The notes below the pieces were generated by a model that did not search any database, was not told the origin of the DNA, and worked only from the letters and a program-made list of their open reading frames with translations. The position numbers and the translations under genes were made by a program. A DNA stretch of 64,000 nucleotides from Octopus sinensis (lineage: Eukaryota): positions 87,978,001 to 88,042,000 of the forward strand of contig NC_043000.1 of the NCBI RefSeq assembly GCF_006345805.1, given 5' to 3'. Shown in pieces: positions 27,770 through 41,571 of the stretch (positions are counted from its first letter, which is position 1; each line of letters starts with the position of its first letter).

Positions 27770-28865
27770 GATTGCTGTAGAATAAGAAACATAAACTGAG
27801 CCTATGCAGTCACTAGAGAATATGTAGTAATGAATTACTTGAAAAAATAAGACATAATGGCATACTACATGGTTGGTGGAAATAATTGGAGAATATGCTT
27901 TGATACTGAAGTACATGCAATAAACTGCTTCGTCGGTGCAGTCTTCAGGTTTGTTGGTATTATGCCAAAATGGGATCTGTCTTCACCATTCAAAAAGAGC
28001 AGTGGATATTGGGGTGCATCATAGGACGTAGTAATCCCTACAAAACCTCTTGGTAAACAATATTCTATGTTTTTCCTTGTGGAACAAATGCAAATAGAAT
28101 TTTTTAGCTTCCCACTTTAGAGTAGTCAACATTTAATTACTCATGTGAGAGGCATGACTCTTCCAAGTGAAGTTCTACCACAGACAGTGTTTGAGCCTGG
28201 GATTTATTGATAGACATTGCAAAGCTGATACACATAGGAAATTGCACTCTTCTGAATGAAAAAGGAATTTCTGCTCTCACTGGAATGAGAATAATTCTGG
28301 GTGTGAAAACATCTTCACCTTTTCCACATTCAGAGAGAATAGTGGTCTCAATAACATGTGGCATCATCTTCTTTACCACCAGATGTGTCCCATTGCAGAG
28401 TGTTAGTGGATCCAAATTCAAGCTGTAATTACTGTCAAAGGCAATCCTACCCCATATTAAAATAGATTTGCTTGAAATTTTAAGGTGTTTCCATTATTTT
28501 GTCCAACCCCTGTATTGCAGCAGCTGCTCATTAATTTTACTTACATTGCTATTTTTTGGAATCAGTATTGTTCTTTCACACAGCCACTGGGGATTGTGAT
28601 AATGTTTTGACCAATGGATGTAAAGGAGACCAATCAATTTCTGAAAGCTACTTTGCAAAAAGTTACCTCCTTTCTTCATGTAACCAAGGAAAGGGTATTT
28701 TCTGCTCCCAGAGGGCTTGTTACTCATTATGTGAAAAATTTCAAGAGTCTAAAACCATCTCTGGAATATAAGTAATGTGTGTTCCCAGTTTGGAGAAAAT
28801 CAGTTGTGAACTTTAGAAGTTATGCAGGTTTACACACACACAATCTCACTTTTATGTATATATAG
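27770..28865 (-). mobile_element. Internally deleted Helitron with PIF1-type helicase C-terminus (28038-28421) and HINE-like terminus
   Basis: LCNGTHL, QFPMCISFAMSINKSQAQTL, SHE..YV..SKVG and NIVYQEVL* motifs; cacacaca...ttttatgtatatatagat end. Confidence 0.9.
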
Positions 28866-29329
28866 ATGATAGACTAAAATAACTAGAAAACTTTGTGATA
28901 TGTGATTTTAATTATCAAATTACACCGATTTAATTGTATTTTGATAATTCAAATCAAGTCTGATGAAGTGGTTTGGTTATTTTACTATATTATGTAATCT
29001 ATTAAAAAAATCTAAAAGGCTATTCTCATGGAAACATTATGGAATTGAAAAGTTGACTCCTTTTTGTTAATTTAATTATTATGCTAACTTAAAAGCTGCA
29101 CTCTGTACAGACTTTTAAGCTAGCTCCTGCGAAGGGCTAAATGGGGTTGCAGCCCAAAACTAAAGAGAGAGAAAATAATAAACCATTTATTGGTACCCTA
29201 CCAATATGGTATTACAATAAATTCAGTTTAAATGAAAAACTTTTAAGTCACAAATTTTGATACAAACACAACTCATTACCAGTTAGGGACTCAAAAACAT
29301 GATCTTGCAATCATGAATACAACGTCCTG

Positions 29330-29585
29330 GTCGATAGATAAATAGATAGACAGAATGGTAAACAGTTAGATAGACTGACAGAGTGATAGATAGATTGATA
29401 GAGAGATAGGAAGACAGAGGTACATAGAGATGGATAGACAGAGACAGATAGACAGACAGTTAGATAGACAAAGAAGTATATAGAGACAGATAGATAGATA
29501 GATAGATAGATAGACAGACAAAGAGGTAGATAGATAGATAGACAGATAGATAGATAGAGAAAGAAGCACATAGAGATAGATAGAA
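29330..29585. repeat. (TAGA/CAGA)n microsatellite
   Basis: Read directly from the sequence. Confidence 0.95.
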
Positions 29586-30189
29586 TATAAAGCAGGACAA
29601 AGAGGGCTGAGACTCAGTTGGAGGTAAACAAGTGGGATTAAGTAATTTGTCTACGAATAGATTTGCTTGCTCAAGGTTGATGTAGGATCCAAATAATGAT
29701 AATATTTCCATAGTTTCTATGTTTCAGTCTTACAAAGACACCCCCCACTACCTTGTTCAGTTTGTTTCACTCATTGTTTGTTCACTCAGTTTGTTTCACT
29801 CATTCACACTACAGATGTATATTACACAAATAGAGGTTGGTCTTACATTGACTGATACTTTTGGTATAGATTTACATTACCTGTTTAATTTAAACAACAT
29901 CTAAATCAATAAATAAAAGCAAATATCTCCTGCACCATGGCCAGTGTCATGTTCCAGGTTCATTAAGTGGCTGAGGGTCGGAAATAATGCTTTGCAGTAT
30001 TTGTTTCAGCACTTTATGTTCTGAGCTCAAATTCCGCCTTGGTTAAATTTGCCTTTTCATTCATATGGAGATCAGCAAAATAAAGTGGTAGACTAGTACT
30101 GAGGTTGATGGAATATACTAAACACTCCCCTCAAAACTGCTGGTCATGTGCTTAAATCAGAAGCCATTATGATAATAAACTCCACTTCT

Positions 30190-30871
30190 GAATCATCGTC
30201 GTTTAGTGTCTGTTTTCCATGCTGGCATGGGTTCGACAGTTTAACTGAAACTGGTTAAGCCAGAGAGCTTCACCAGGCTCTAGTCTGTTCCAGCCTTGGT
30301 TTCTATGGCTGGATGCCCTTCCTAATGCCAAGCACTCTACAAGAGTGCCATTTGCATATAATCTGTGTAAGTAACTGTTATGTGTCACCAGAACAGGTGC
30401 CTTTAACGAGTCAACAGCAAGGGTAACTTTTATGTGTCACTGGCACTAACCACAACTACGATTTTACTTAGCTTAACATGTATTCTCAAGCACAGCAAAT
30501 CGCCAAAAGTCTTGGTTACTAGTCATTGCCTCCATGAGACTCAATATCTGAAGATCATAAATCACCAACTCATCTGTTTTCCTGGGTCTACCTCTTCCAC
30601 AGATTCCCTCCACAGTTAGAGACTGGCACTTGTTTATGTAGCTATCCTTGACCATACATATCACATGGCTATACCAGCGTAGTCTTTACTCTTGTACCCT
30701 ATATCTGATGTCACTTATACCCAATTTTTCTCCTAAGACACTCTCTATTGTACATGTACACTGACATTTCACACCTAGTGGAGCTTACTAGCTTCATTTT
30801 TTTCAGACCTTCACATGTCCGCTGTGGTCACAGCCCATGCTTCACTGCCATGTAGCATAGCTGTATGTACA
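30190..30871 (-). mobile_element. RTE LINE 3' fragment abutting the mariner
   Basis: VEGICGRGRPRKT and AMLHGSEAW-like segment; RTE 3'UTR with (GAT)n-type tail. Confidence 0.85.
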
Positions 30872-32127
30872 CAGGGTCATCCCATAAATAATGTGGTTTT
30901 TTATACTTCTTTTATTTTTCAAAATTAAGATAAACAAAATTCTTTTTAAATCTAAAATAAATTCTCTTTCATTTTCTACAATGCTCTTCCATCTATCTGG
31001 TAGACTTGCAAGGTCTCTCTTCCAAAATTCACTTGTCCGTGATGAAAATTACTTCTCCAGTACTGTTCTGACCACGTCTACAGAATTCATATTTTTCCCG
31101 TCCAAATGATTTTGAAGACTGCAGAATAAATGATAATCAGATGGGACAATGTCTGAAAAATATGGTGGGTGGGGCAGTGTTTCCCATTCAAACTGCTCCA
31201 GCCTTTGGAATGTCATCCTTGCTGAATGTGGCCAAGCATTATCCTGATGGAAGAACATCTTTTGTCTTGAAACCAAAGATGGTTGCTTTTCTTCTATCGC
31301 TAACTCAAGCAGCTCAAGCTGCTAATGGTAAATCTCCTTTGTTATCGTTTGGTTTGGGTTTAAAAGTTCAAAGTGGATTAAACCTTTCATATCCCACCAA
31401 ACAGATAACAATACCTTACGTGGGTGAAGACCTTCTTTAGCCTGCAGTGGCAGTGTTTCTCCTTTCCCTACCCACTGTCTTTGGCACTTGACACTTTTAT
31501 AGAGAACCTATTTCTCATCACCAGTCACTATTCAGTCCAGAAAAGGTTCATTCATGAGACGTGACAGTAAAGAAGAGGGCACATTCACTCTCTGTGTGTG
31601 ATTAGATTCGGCAAGTTTGTGCAGAACCCATTACGCGTAATTTGCTGACTTTTCCAATGGCACACATGTGTCAATGAATAGTTGAATGACCAAATCCAAG
31701 CTTCTCTGCTAGTTCTTCAACAGTTATGATGGAATTTTCTTCCACCAGGATTTGCAGAACATTCTCATTGAGCTCTATCGATCTTCTAGACGAGACTCAT
31801 CTTCTAGGTTGTAGTTTCTGGCTTGGAATTTCTGGAGCCACAGTAGACACTGGCTTAGACTTATTGTTTGATCCCCATACACTGCATTAATATTCCTTGC
31901 ACTTTCTGTTGCATTGTTGCCTTTATTGAACTCATAAAGCAAAATATGCCAAATGCTGCTTTGTCACTTCCATTATAGTTTTGAAAAAATGACTGTTAAA
32001 ATTGAACTGCACTCTTCAAATCTTGCACTAAGTATATGGACAAGGTAAAATTACTACCTGCTTTTGTAGCAAGTTGTTGCAGGTAGTTTATCCCCCCCCC
32101 CCACTGACTTTTATGGGATGATCCAAT
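30872..32127 (-). mobile_element. Second mariner element, degenerate transposase about 30945-31973
   Basis: TIR core g(g/a)tcatcccataa at both ends. Motifs FHQDNAWPH and HPPYFSDIVPSDYHLF are present. Confidence 0.92.
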
Positions 32128-32639
32128 ATAATCTGCCTTTCACTCTGAGGAAGAGACCCTTTGCTACCAACAAAGGTAGCAGTTCTCTGAGCATTCTTGT
32201 CAACTGCTGACTTGGTCACCAAGGTAACAGAAATGCTAATCTGTTGTACATAATAATTTCAGAAGACATAGCTTATATTTCTGGATAATAAATAGATGGA
32301 GGTATGTAGAATTAGATGTCCAGCATATAAACAAAACAAAAAAAAAATGCATTCAGAAACTTGAACTCAAGATCAGTTAGAAGTTCACATCAGTCGTTTC
32401 ATATTTATATTTTATATTGCATATCCAAGGTATCATATTTAATATCCTTTTACAATAGTTCAAACCCTGTATTTAATGTCAGACAACATCTCTTTCTCTC
32501 TCTCTCTCTCTCTCACACACATACTACTACTTTCAGCTCAAGGGTTATGGCCATGCTGGGGCACCGTCAACTGGTATTGCTACTCCTTCATTAATCCTCA
32601 TTTGGCATTTAGTGAATGAGTAAGTTTGAAACTGTTGCC

Positions 32640-33600
32640 CTTATTCCTGCTTTCTCCCATGAAGTTGTCTCATCTGGGATTCAGTAGGAAATCCAGTTTA
32701 GATTCGAAGACATCGACATCCATATCATGTAGGTCTGACAGATCCTTTGGGAGGATATTCAAGGGTTGTGGGCCTTGGAATCCCAAGCCATTGTAGTAGC
32801 TGGTCCTATATTTTGATGGCAGAAGAGGGATTTTAGGTACCATGCAATGGTGCTCAGCTCTGGTGTTTGTATAACTTCCCACACCAAAGTTCGGGACAAG
32901 TCCTTCCAGGATCTTCCAGATGTATACTGGAACATATCTTTCCAGCCTTCATTCCAGGGAAATGAAGTTTTAACCTTTTGAGCCTTTCCCAGTGGCTAAT
33001 TTGTTACATTAGGGCTATCTTTTTTGTATAGCTTTGCTGGACTGCTTCAAGTTCTGTTATTAATTTCACACTGTGTTGACCACAGTTAGGAGCAACAGTC
33101 AAGATGGCTTAGGACAAATGTCCTCCAGAGGACCATCATCATTTCCTGCTACCTTGTTCCAAAAGTTCTAAAAATCCATCCAGTCATCAACCTAAATTTC
33201 ATTGCCAACTTAGTAATATGAACATAGGAGGATGCAGCACTACTCACATTAATGCCCAGGTCATGCACTGATTCTGGAAGCGTAATGCCTACAGGTCCAG
33301 AATATTTTGTCTGCATTGCATTTAATTTTGCCAGCATCTTATTGCTGTCAGCCCACTTATATATTGTGTCTAACACCTGTTTCAGGAGCATGGCATAGTC
33401 AGGGTTTTGTATTACCTGTGAGACTTTTTTGCCATCTGCATAGCTTGTGAGAATGGCTGTGTGTGGATAAGGGCATATCTACGAGGACCACTAGAAACAG
33501 TAGTGGCTCCAAGACAAATGTCCTATGGGACACACTCAATTTACATTTCCTTGGAGGTGCCCCAGCTGGCTATTAGTACCTGATCTTTATCTTTCAGAAA
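32640..33600 (-). mobile_element. CR1-type LINE RT/C-terminal fragment
   Basis: SYADG, IYKWADSNKM, VHDLGINVS, GWIFRTF and GFQGPQ..NILPKDL segments. Confidence 0.85.
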
Positions 33601-35595
33601 GTCATGTAACCACTCTCCTGTTACTAAGCTGTAACAATCCTCTAATATCTAGGAAGAGTATTGATATCAGTGCAGATACCAAATATATGTATATGCATAT
33701 ACATATTAATCACCACTTAATGTCCATGCTACATACTGGCACGGGTAAGATGGTTTGATAGGACCTAAAACTAGAAGACTGAACTGAACTCCAGTGTCAG
33801 CTTTGGCATGATTTTTTTATGGGTGGATACCCTTCCTAACACCAACTACTTTACGACATGTACTGGGGGCATTTTTCATGGCACTAGATCGATGGATGGA
33901 TGGATAAGCAGTCAGGTGGGTTTTAGGCAGGCAGGCAGGCAGGCAGACAGACAGATAGATGTTTAAAGAAGGAAACTCATAAAACTCATAGGACTAGAAA
34001 CAAATGTGTTGAAAATTTCTTGTAGTAAGTCTACAGTAACTATAAGATTATGGTACTTAACTATTGACTAAGGCTATAGGTTTAAATCTTATGGTAGTCG
34101 TCACATAAGGAAAGGAACATAAACAGCTAGATACAGTTTGTGTAATTAGCAAATTATTAAACAAAATATAGAAAAAAAAGTTTCTATTCATATTTTACAG
34201 CTGTGTAGACAATTGTAGAAAAGGAATCTTGCTGTAAGATGAACTGTTCTATGCTATATATATATAAATCCTTATGTGGAAAAAAATGTAGCTAAGAAAG
34301 TAGGAGGTTAGACATTTTTGGAAACCATATGTATGAGCGAAAACTTTGTTCTGGACAACTGTTTAGCTTAAAGGAATATTGTTATCTAACAAACATTATT
34401 TCAGTTTCCTGATTAAATTATTGTTCCATGTTTGGCACATGATAAGAGAAGAATCTGAACTGTCATTAATTTATTCCACTAAGTCAATCAACTGTGATAA
34501 AAGTTACAGGATTTGCACGATCCAGAACATTTTGGATTCTCAGTTCCAGAATACCAATTTCATGGCTGTGAGTTCAACACCTGTTACAGTTAAGAGTATA
34601 ATTTATTTTTCTGCTTGTTTCCTCTTGTGAACTTGACTTAAAGACTCTCTGATAATAGCAAAGTAATTAGTAGCAATAAAAGTTTCTAGGTGCCAGGGGG
34701 GAAAATATGGCTCACAGAGTTCACACATTAGAATCCAATTTTGTACAAGCCTTCCATTGTGATTGTCAAGGATATAAATTTGAGAACAGACTGAAGAGAG
34801 AGGCATAAATTAAATATTCTCTACACATTGTAAGTTCAGAAACCAGTTCCATTCCAAAGAATCTATAAATAAGAATGGCTGAAGGTGCACAGAAACATAA
34901 AACTAATACAACTGTTGTTGCTATTCCTGAAATATACAAATCCAATGCAAGCTTTTAACTATTATTCCTTTTGATGCCAACCCTCTTGAGATTACTCTTT
35001 GTTCTACGATAGAAAGTTCGTGCCTTAACCCTGTTGACACCAACCTGTTGGAGACAGCTCTTGGTTCTATGATATGAAGTTCCAGTTTTAAAATGATCTA
35101 AATTAAACCCTTCCATCGAAATTCCATGTTAATTTATGTTCTTAAAGTTATTTTACTAAATACTTTATTACTTTCAAAATAAACTGAAACAAAGTTTGTA
35201 TAGTTCAGCAGAAATATAGTAAGAAATGGGTCAAAGTGATCTAAATAAAAACTTCTCATCAAAATTTTACATTAATTTATGTTCTGAATATCAGCTTAAT
35301 GACAAAGTTGATTTACTAAATTCTTCATCATTTTAAAAATTAATTTAAAGGAAGGCAGTATCACAGAAATGTAGTGAAGAAACAGCTAGTTTAGTAACTA
35401 TTAAGTTATACGGCAGCCACAAATGAATAGACCGATGATAAAAGCAATTTTAGCCATGTTCCTCCCATTTTTTTACAGGTGTCTAAATCTACATTGTTTC
35501 GTGTGTTTCCCTTACATAAGGATGATGCATAAAGTGATCCATAAAGTTCTGTTATTGGCTTCTAATTACACAAGTTGATGTGACTGACTAGCTAA

Positions 35596-36147
35596 CCCTT
35601 TAGCATTTACATTGGTCATATTTAGCCAAAATATTGTTTCTTTTTTATGTTCAAGGTGGTCAGTTCCAACGTCATACCTGTGGAGGCACATGGCCTAGTG
35701 GTTAGAGCAGTAGATTTGCGGTCGAGGAATCACGGGTTTGAATCTCAGACCAGGCAATGTATGTGTTTATGACTGAAACACCTAAGCTCCACGCGGTTCT
35801 GGCAGAAGGTAATGGCGAACTTCTGCCTGACTCTTTCGCCACAACTTTCTCTCACTCTTTCTTCCTGCATCTAGCAGCTCACTTGCAACGGACCGGCTTC
35901 CTGTCCAGGTCGTGAACCTATAAGCCAAGGATACGGGAAACTGGCCCTTATGGCTTGAGAAGGAACAAACGTCATACCTATCCTACGATATCATTCAAAA
36001 ATAAACAATCACATCATTGAATTTCGTTATTTCAATTAATTTTGAAAGTAATAAAACGCACCATTGAAATCTTAAAGTTATAAGATAATGCTTAATAAAT
36101 TCAAAACTATGTGAATAAATAAGCATTACATTTAACAGAATAACGGG
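35596..36147. mobile_element. piggyBac-type MITE interrupted by a SINE
   Basis: ccctttagcatt left end, ...cggg-TTAA right end, internal homology to the other copies. Confidence 0.7.
35680..35967 (+). mobile_element. tRNA-derived SINE, 288 bp, with 12-bp target-site duplication
   Basis: A/B-box-like head tggcctagtggttagagc...ggtttgaatctc. TSD aacgtcatacct at 35668-35679 and 35968-35979. Confidence 0.85.
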
Positions 36148-38249
36148 TTAAGAAGTTTACTTCACTGTCACACTTCTCACTGCATGTCATTGTGGGTAAA
36201 GGGCATTTACCTTAGCCCAAGTTTAGCCAGTCTGTATTGGTGAAAGTGGGGAGATGGAAACTTTTAGGAAGCCCATTCGATGGGCTGAACCTGTAATTTA
36301 TTGAACCAGCTATGTCATACTTATAAAACAGCGTTTCTGCCCTAAATTTACATTGTTTCATGTGTTTCCCTTACATAAGGATGATGCATAAAGTGATCCA
36401 TAAAGTTCTGTTATTGGCTTCTAATTACACAAGTTGATGTGGCTGACTAGCTAACCCTTTAGCATTTACACATTACATGTGTCTCTTATGTCAGATCGCT
36501 CTCAAACACTACTAGCAACATGTAACCCAGTACAACCTGTTGCATGGTTATGTGATTGGCGACTAAATTGGTAACCTCTCCAAGCTTGCTTGGTGAAGAG
36601 ATTTATTGGACATCCTGTGGAATGCAAAACATAATAATTCAATGGAGAGGTCATTCAGTTGGTCAAACAACTGAATACTCATCATAAAAACCAACAAACA
36701 TCGACTTTAGACAAGGAGGTAAAAATAGTAGGTATATCTGTTATTTTACTATGCCCTGACACCTAATCCCTGCCATTTCTTTTCTCTCTTTCCAGCAGGA
36801 GTGGTTATGTATCTCTGCTACAGCAAGATACCTGTTTCGGTCCCTCTATTATACTTTAACCTCACATCACCTGAAATAAAAGTACATCTCTCAATACTAC
36901 ACCTCTACTTAGTTGAGTAATGTCTTGTGAGTTACTTGGTGACCTCACTAGTGTTGGTGCTTGCTATGCAAAAAACACTCAGCACACTCTGTAAAGTGGT
37001 CAGTGTTAGGAAACACACCCGGCTGTGGAAACCATGCCAAAGCAAACACTAGAGGTCCAACACAGTCCTGCAGCTCATCAGATTCTGTGAACTGTCAATT
37101 CCATGCCAGCATGAAAGACAGATGTTAAACAATGATGACAATTACTCAATGATAATTACAACCCTTGTCATTTTAAGTTAACATCTTATTCTAGTTTATT
37201 CTTATCTTCATTTCACTACAGTCATCTAGCGGATTAGATTGAATTAAATATATCAGCCCCTACAAATTTGTAGCCTTGTGTTAATCTAGCAGACTTGTGA
37301 GCAAGTTAGATCACGTGCCTACCTTTTACTTGTTTTACTCATTGGAGTGTGATCGCTACCAGTGTTGCTTTACTGGCACTTGTGCCAGTGGCAAGTGGAA
37401 AAACATTCGAGCGAGGTCATTGCCAGTGCCACTGGACTGGCTCCTGTGCAGGTGGCACGTAAAAAACACCATTTGAGCATGGCCATCTCCAGTACTGCCT
37501 GACTGGCCCTCGTGCTGGTGGCACGTAAAAAAAGCACCCACTATACTCTCAGAGTGGTTGGCGTTAGGAAAGGCATCTAGCTGTAGAAACTTTGCCAGAT
37601 CAGATTGGAGCCTGGTGCAGCCATCTGGTTCGCCAGTCCTCAGTCAAATCATCCAACCCATGCTAGCATGGAAAGCGGATGTTAAACAATGATGATCATG
37701 ATGATGATGACTCATTAGAGTTGGGGGTACTATTTTGAAGAATTTTAGTTGAACTAATTGATCCCAGTACCCATTTTCTTTTTAAGCCTAGTACTTATTG
37801 CATTAGTCTCTTTTGCTGAACTGCTAAGTTATGGGGATGTAAACACACTGACACCAATTGTCAAGTGGTGGTGGATGGCACACACATATATAATATACAA
37901 TGGGCTTCTTTCAGCTGAACTTTTGCCAAATCCACTCACAAGACTTTGGTAGGTCCAAGACTATAGTAGAAGACACTTGCCCAAAGTACCACACAGTAGG
38001 ACTGAACCCAAAACCATGTGGTTGGGAAGCAGACTTCTTACCATACAGCCATGCTTGTGCCTAGTATCATTTCTTTAGGCTTTGCAATCTGGTTTCAAAT
38101 TCTGCCAAGGTCAACTTAGTCTTTCATCAAGGTTGATAAATAAATACCAGTTGAACATGGGGGGGATGGGTGTCAATGTAATTGCTTTTCTCCTTCTCAC
38201 CAAATTTCAGGTCTTAAGCCTATTGTAGAAAACAATTGATATTATTTTC

Positions 38250-39290
38250 CTGATGGACAAAGGCTGTGACCTAAAATCCCCGTGTCACTCATATCTTCAC
38301 TGCATGTGTTGATTTGATTTGTAATAGATCATTAATGGCATCAGCCTCAATAGTCTCAGAGAGCCTGCAAGAATCATGAACTTTGTTCTGCAGGAAAGAC
38401 ATGCAAAGCTGGAATACGAGAGGGATGACATTCTGGGGAAGAAGGAACAAGTAGTTGAACATAACATGAGTGATGAAAGAAGGAGATACGAATGAGTCAA
38501 GAATGTATGAATGGAGTGGCATAAAATCAGCCAGTTCCAAAGAGTAGGGGATTCTAAAGGAGCATCAAAAAAGATAGAAAGAGCATGTCTGTTGGTCAGA
38601 GGTGGAAGAACAGCTTTATACTAAGCAGTCAAAAGGTCATTGTATGTAGTCCAAAATGTTTGAGGGTATAGTAGTAGCAATAGAAGCACTATACCAAATG
38701 CAGTGGTGTGAGGCAGTACTCAATTGAAGTTGAGTGCTGAAGTATTTTCTGAATCCAAAGAAAAGCCAGTCTCAGCTATGTTAAGGGTATCAGTGTGGGA
38801 GAAGTCTTCACAGATAACGTCTAACATTTATAGCAATTGAGAGGGTTCTAATTGTGCATACATTCATGAGGAGATTGAGAGGGTCATGGTGTTTTCTGAG
38901 GCCTCTCTTCATGGAATTGGAGCAGACTTAGTGTGAGATGACTAAGTTTGTTTGTAGATGGTTATTCAATGGTGGGGTTTGAAAGAATGTAGGGTGGCAT
39001 CGTGTGTAGGGGTGAAGAGTAGTTCCATATGCAGGGGTGAAGGGTGATATCACCTGTAGGGGGTGAAAGATGGTATTATCGGTTGGGAGTGAAGGTGACA
39101 TCTGAAGAGGTGAAGGGTTGTATCATCTGCAAGAATGAAGAGCAGTCCCATCTGTAGGGGTGAAAGGTGGTATCATCTGCAGAAGTAAAGGGTGGTAAAA
39201 TCAGCAGAGGTAAAAGATGGTATCATTTACAGGGGTGAAGGGTAATACCATCTGCAGTGGTAGAAGGTGATATCATCTGACAACAGAAAA
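38250..39290 (-). mobile_element. Degenerate L2/CR1-group LINE 5' portion with a 25-bp minisatellite
   Basis: Composition and short APE-like peptide traces; heavily decayed, so the clade is uncertain. Confidence 0.4.
39008..39280. repeat. About 25-bp minisatellite, consensus aggggtgaagggtgatatcatctgc, about 11 units
   Basis: Periodic aggggtgaa...atctgc units read directly from the sequence. Confidence 0.8.
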
Positions 39291-40484
39291 AGATACTCGA
39301 ATAAGATGCTGCAGAGTGGAACTGAACCAAGAAACACTTGGGGATTAAAGTAAACTTCTTAACCACACAATTATGCTTATGTCTTTGTCTATTGCTGCAT
39401 GATATTTGAACATCAGCAATAAGTCTTGAGGAAGGTTCAAGATGAAGTAAGAACAGTCATTGGTTATGTAATCTTAAGTTGTATGACAGGTATACTTTTT
39501 TTTTAGGTAATGCATTATCGTTTGAGGGAGTATATGCTACTATGCTGGTGGTTTCATGGCTTAGGTGTTTGCTTGATGTGTGAACAATGTTTATGGTTGT
39601 CATCTTTATAAAAATTGGGAGAAAATGAGTTAAGAAACTAAGTCACTGAATCCCATTGTCTAGATAGGACTCTGAAAACATTTTTATCAATTACATTTAC
39701 ACAGACTACTTTCCCTATAGAATTTCTCTCCATCTCTTTACATGGAATTTTCGAATGCGCAGTGTGTATAATACGGCTTACTACAGAAGAGGCATGTAGA
39801 AAGATTACAATATAAAATAAAACAAAAACAATGATTCTGTTTATCTTTCGAGTAAAGTGATGGTACATAAATTTCCCTGGAAGAGTTTAGTGAAACCAGA
39901 TATTGTTGGGCATTATAGTATAATTTGAAATAATACTATGCTAATAAGATGTCTTTATTTGGAATTATCGGATAGACTACCTCAGAATAATTTTCATTCG
40001 GTTCCAACTGAATAAATATTATATCAAGTGAGGTCGATAAAAATAAGATATTGAAGACTTTTACGTTGTTCCAGTGCCACTTCAGTATAAATAAATTCCG
40101 ATTTCCAGTTAATTATTATAAAGATTTGTTGATTTTGTTGATTTTTATGTCCGTGAAGTAGGAACACTTGTAACTTGTATAAATGTCTTGGCGGTGATGT
40201 AAATAAATGTTTGTCAACCTAATTGAAGTCCGGGTATCGATTTCTAACTAGAATATCTATCAGACGATGTGTGAATTAAGAATAGTTAGAAATGTAAGAC
40301 TAAGAAAATATACACAAAGTAATGTTTATCAAGGGAGCTTGCCCATGTTTAGTCAGTTTTAGGCGCAAATGTTTGGTTAGTCAGTAACAGATATAGTTTG
40401 AAATAAAAAGTTGATATGGTTTCAGAAAAAAGATAAAATGATACAATCGTAATAATAATTTTAAAATAAATTGTGATAATATAC

Positions 40485-40625
40485 CTGCATTGTGAACAAA
40501 TCTCCGGAAGTAAACAAATGCAAGTGAAACTAAATGCAGCAGAGGAAATCAGCTGTACGAATTAAACACTTGTTTGTATCACAGACACATGGCCGGTCGG
40601 TGTCATAGAAGATTAGTTCCGTATG
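40485..40625 (-). promoter_or_regulatory. Candidate promoter or 5'UTR exon, possibly of FOCAD
   Basis: ETS-type CCGGAAGT at 40504-40511, local CpGs in an otherwise CpG-poor region, and a minus-strand donor CAG|gtatat at 40484/40485. Confidence 0.3.
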
Positions 40626-41571
40626 AATATTATACCATAAAAATCTGTCGTAAAATATTTTATATTATGTTTTATCTACATACAGTAAGAATAAAGTCTT
40701 AATAAATCGACTCAGTATATTACTGTTACTTCCTTGATTTGCCAGGAGAAGTGAAACGTAATGTTGGTCTCAGTATGAAACAAGAGAAACGTAATATGAC
40801 GTAGTTTCGGTACTAATGGAGAATCTCTTTTGCACGTGTTTCAGTCATTGGACAGCCATTCTGGGGCACCACCGTAATGTGTTTTAGTCGAACAAATTGA
40901 CCCAAGTACTTATGGATATTTTTTAAAGCCTGGTACTTATTCTATCGGTGCATTGTGTAGAACGACTAAGTTACGGGAACGTAAACAAACCAGCACCGGT
41001 TGTCAAGTGGTGGTGATGACCTATTTCTCTCTCTCTCTATATATATATATAGATGTGTGTGTGTATATATATATGTGTGTGTGTGTGTATATGCATGTAT
41101 GTATATATGAATGTATGTATGTATATATCGCGGGCTTCTTTTAGTTTCTATCAATCAAATCCACTCACAAAGCTTTGAACAAAAGAATGAAAGTTATGTG
41201 TTGGAAATTATAATTTCGTTTACTTCTATGTTTCAGTATTGATGTACTACTCCTTTGGTTCCTATAATTACAGTAATGCTAATTATCCTTTCTATTAAAG
41301 GCACAAGGCCAGAAAATTTGGGGGTAGGGGTAGATCGATTACATCGACGTCAGTACTCAACTGGTACCTATTTTATTGGCCCCGAAAAGATAAACGGCAT
41401 AGTCGACCTCAGTGGAATTTGAACTCAGAACGTGCAGACAGACAAAATACTGCTAAGCATTTTGCCTGGCATGCTAACAATTAAGCCAGCTTGCCGCCTT
41501 GTGGCTGTGTGATAAGAAGCTTGCTTCTCAGCCACAAGGTTCTGGGTTCAGGCCCATTAGGTGTCACCTTT

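Larger units (their letters stand above)
35483..36470. repeat. 129-bp direct repeat (35483-35611 and 36342-36470)
   Basis: About 3 mismatches between the copies on direct comparison. Confidence 0.9.

Noticed and set aside
32460-32489. MLSDIKYR resembling the FOCAD start
   Set aside because: Hits a stop immediately and has no donor; likely chance.
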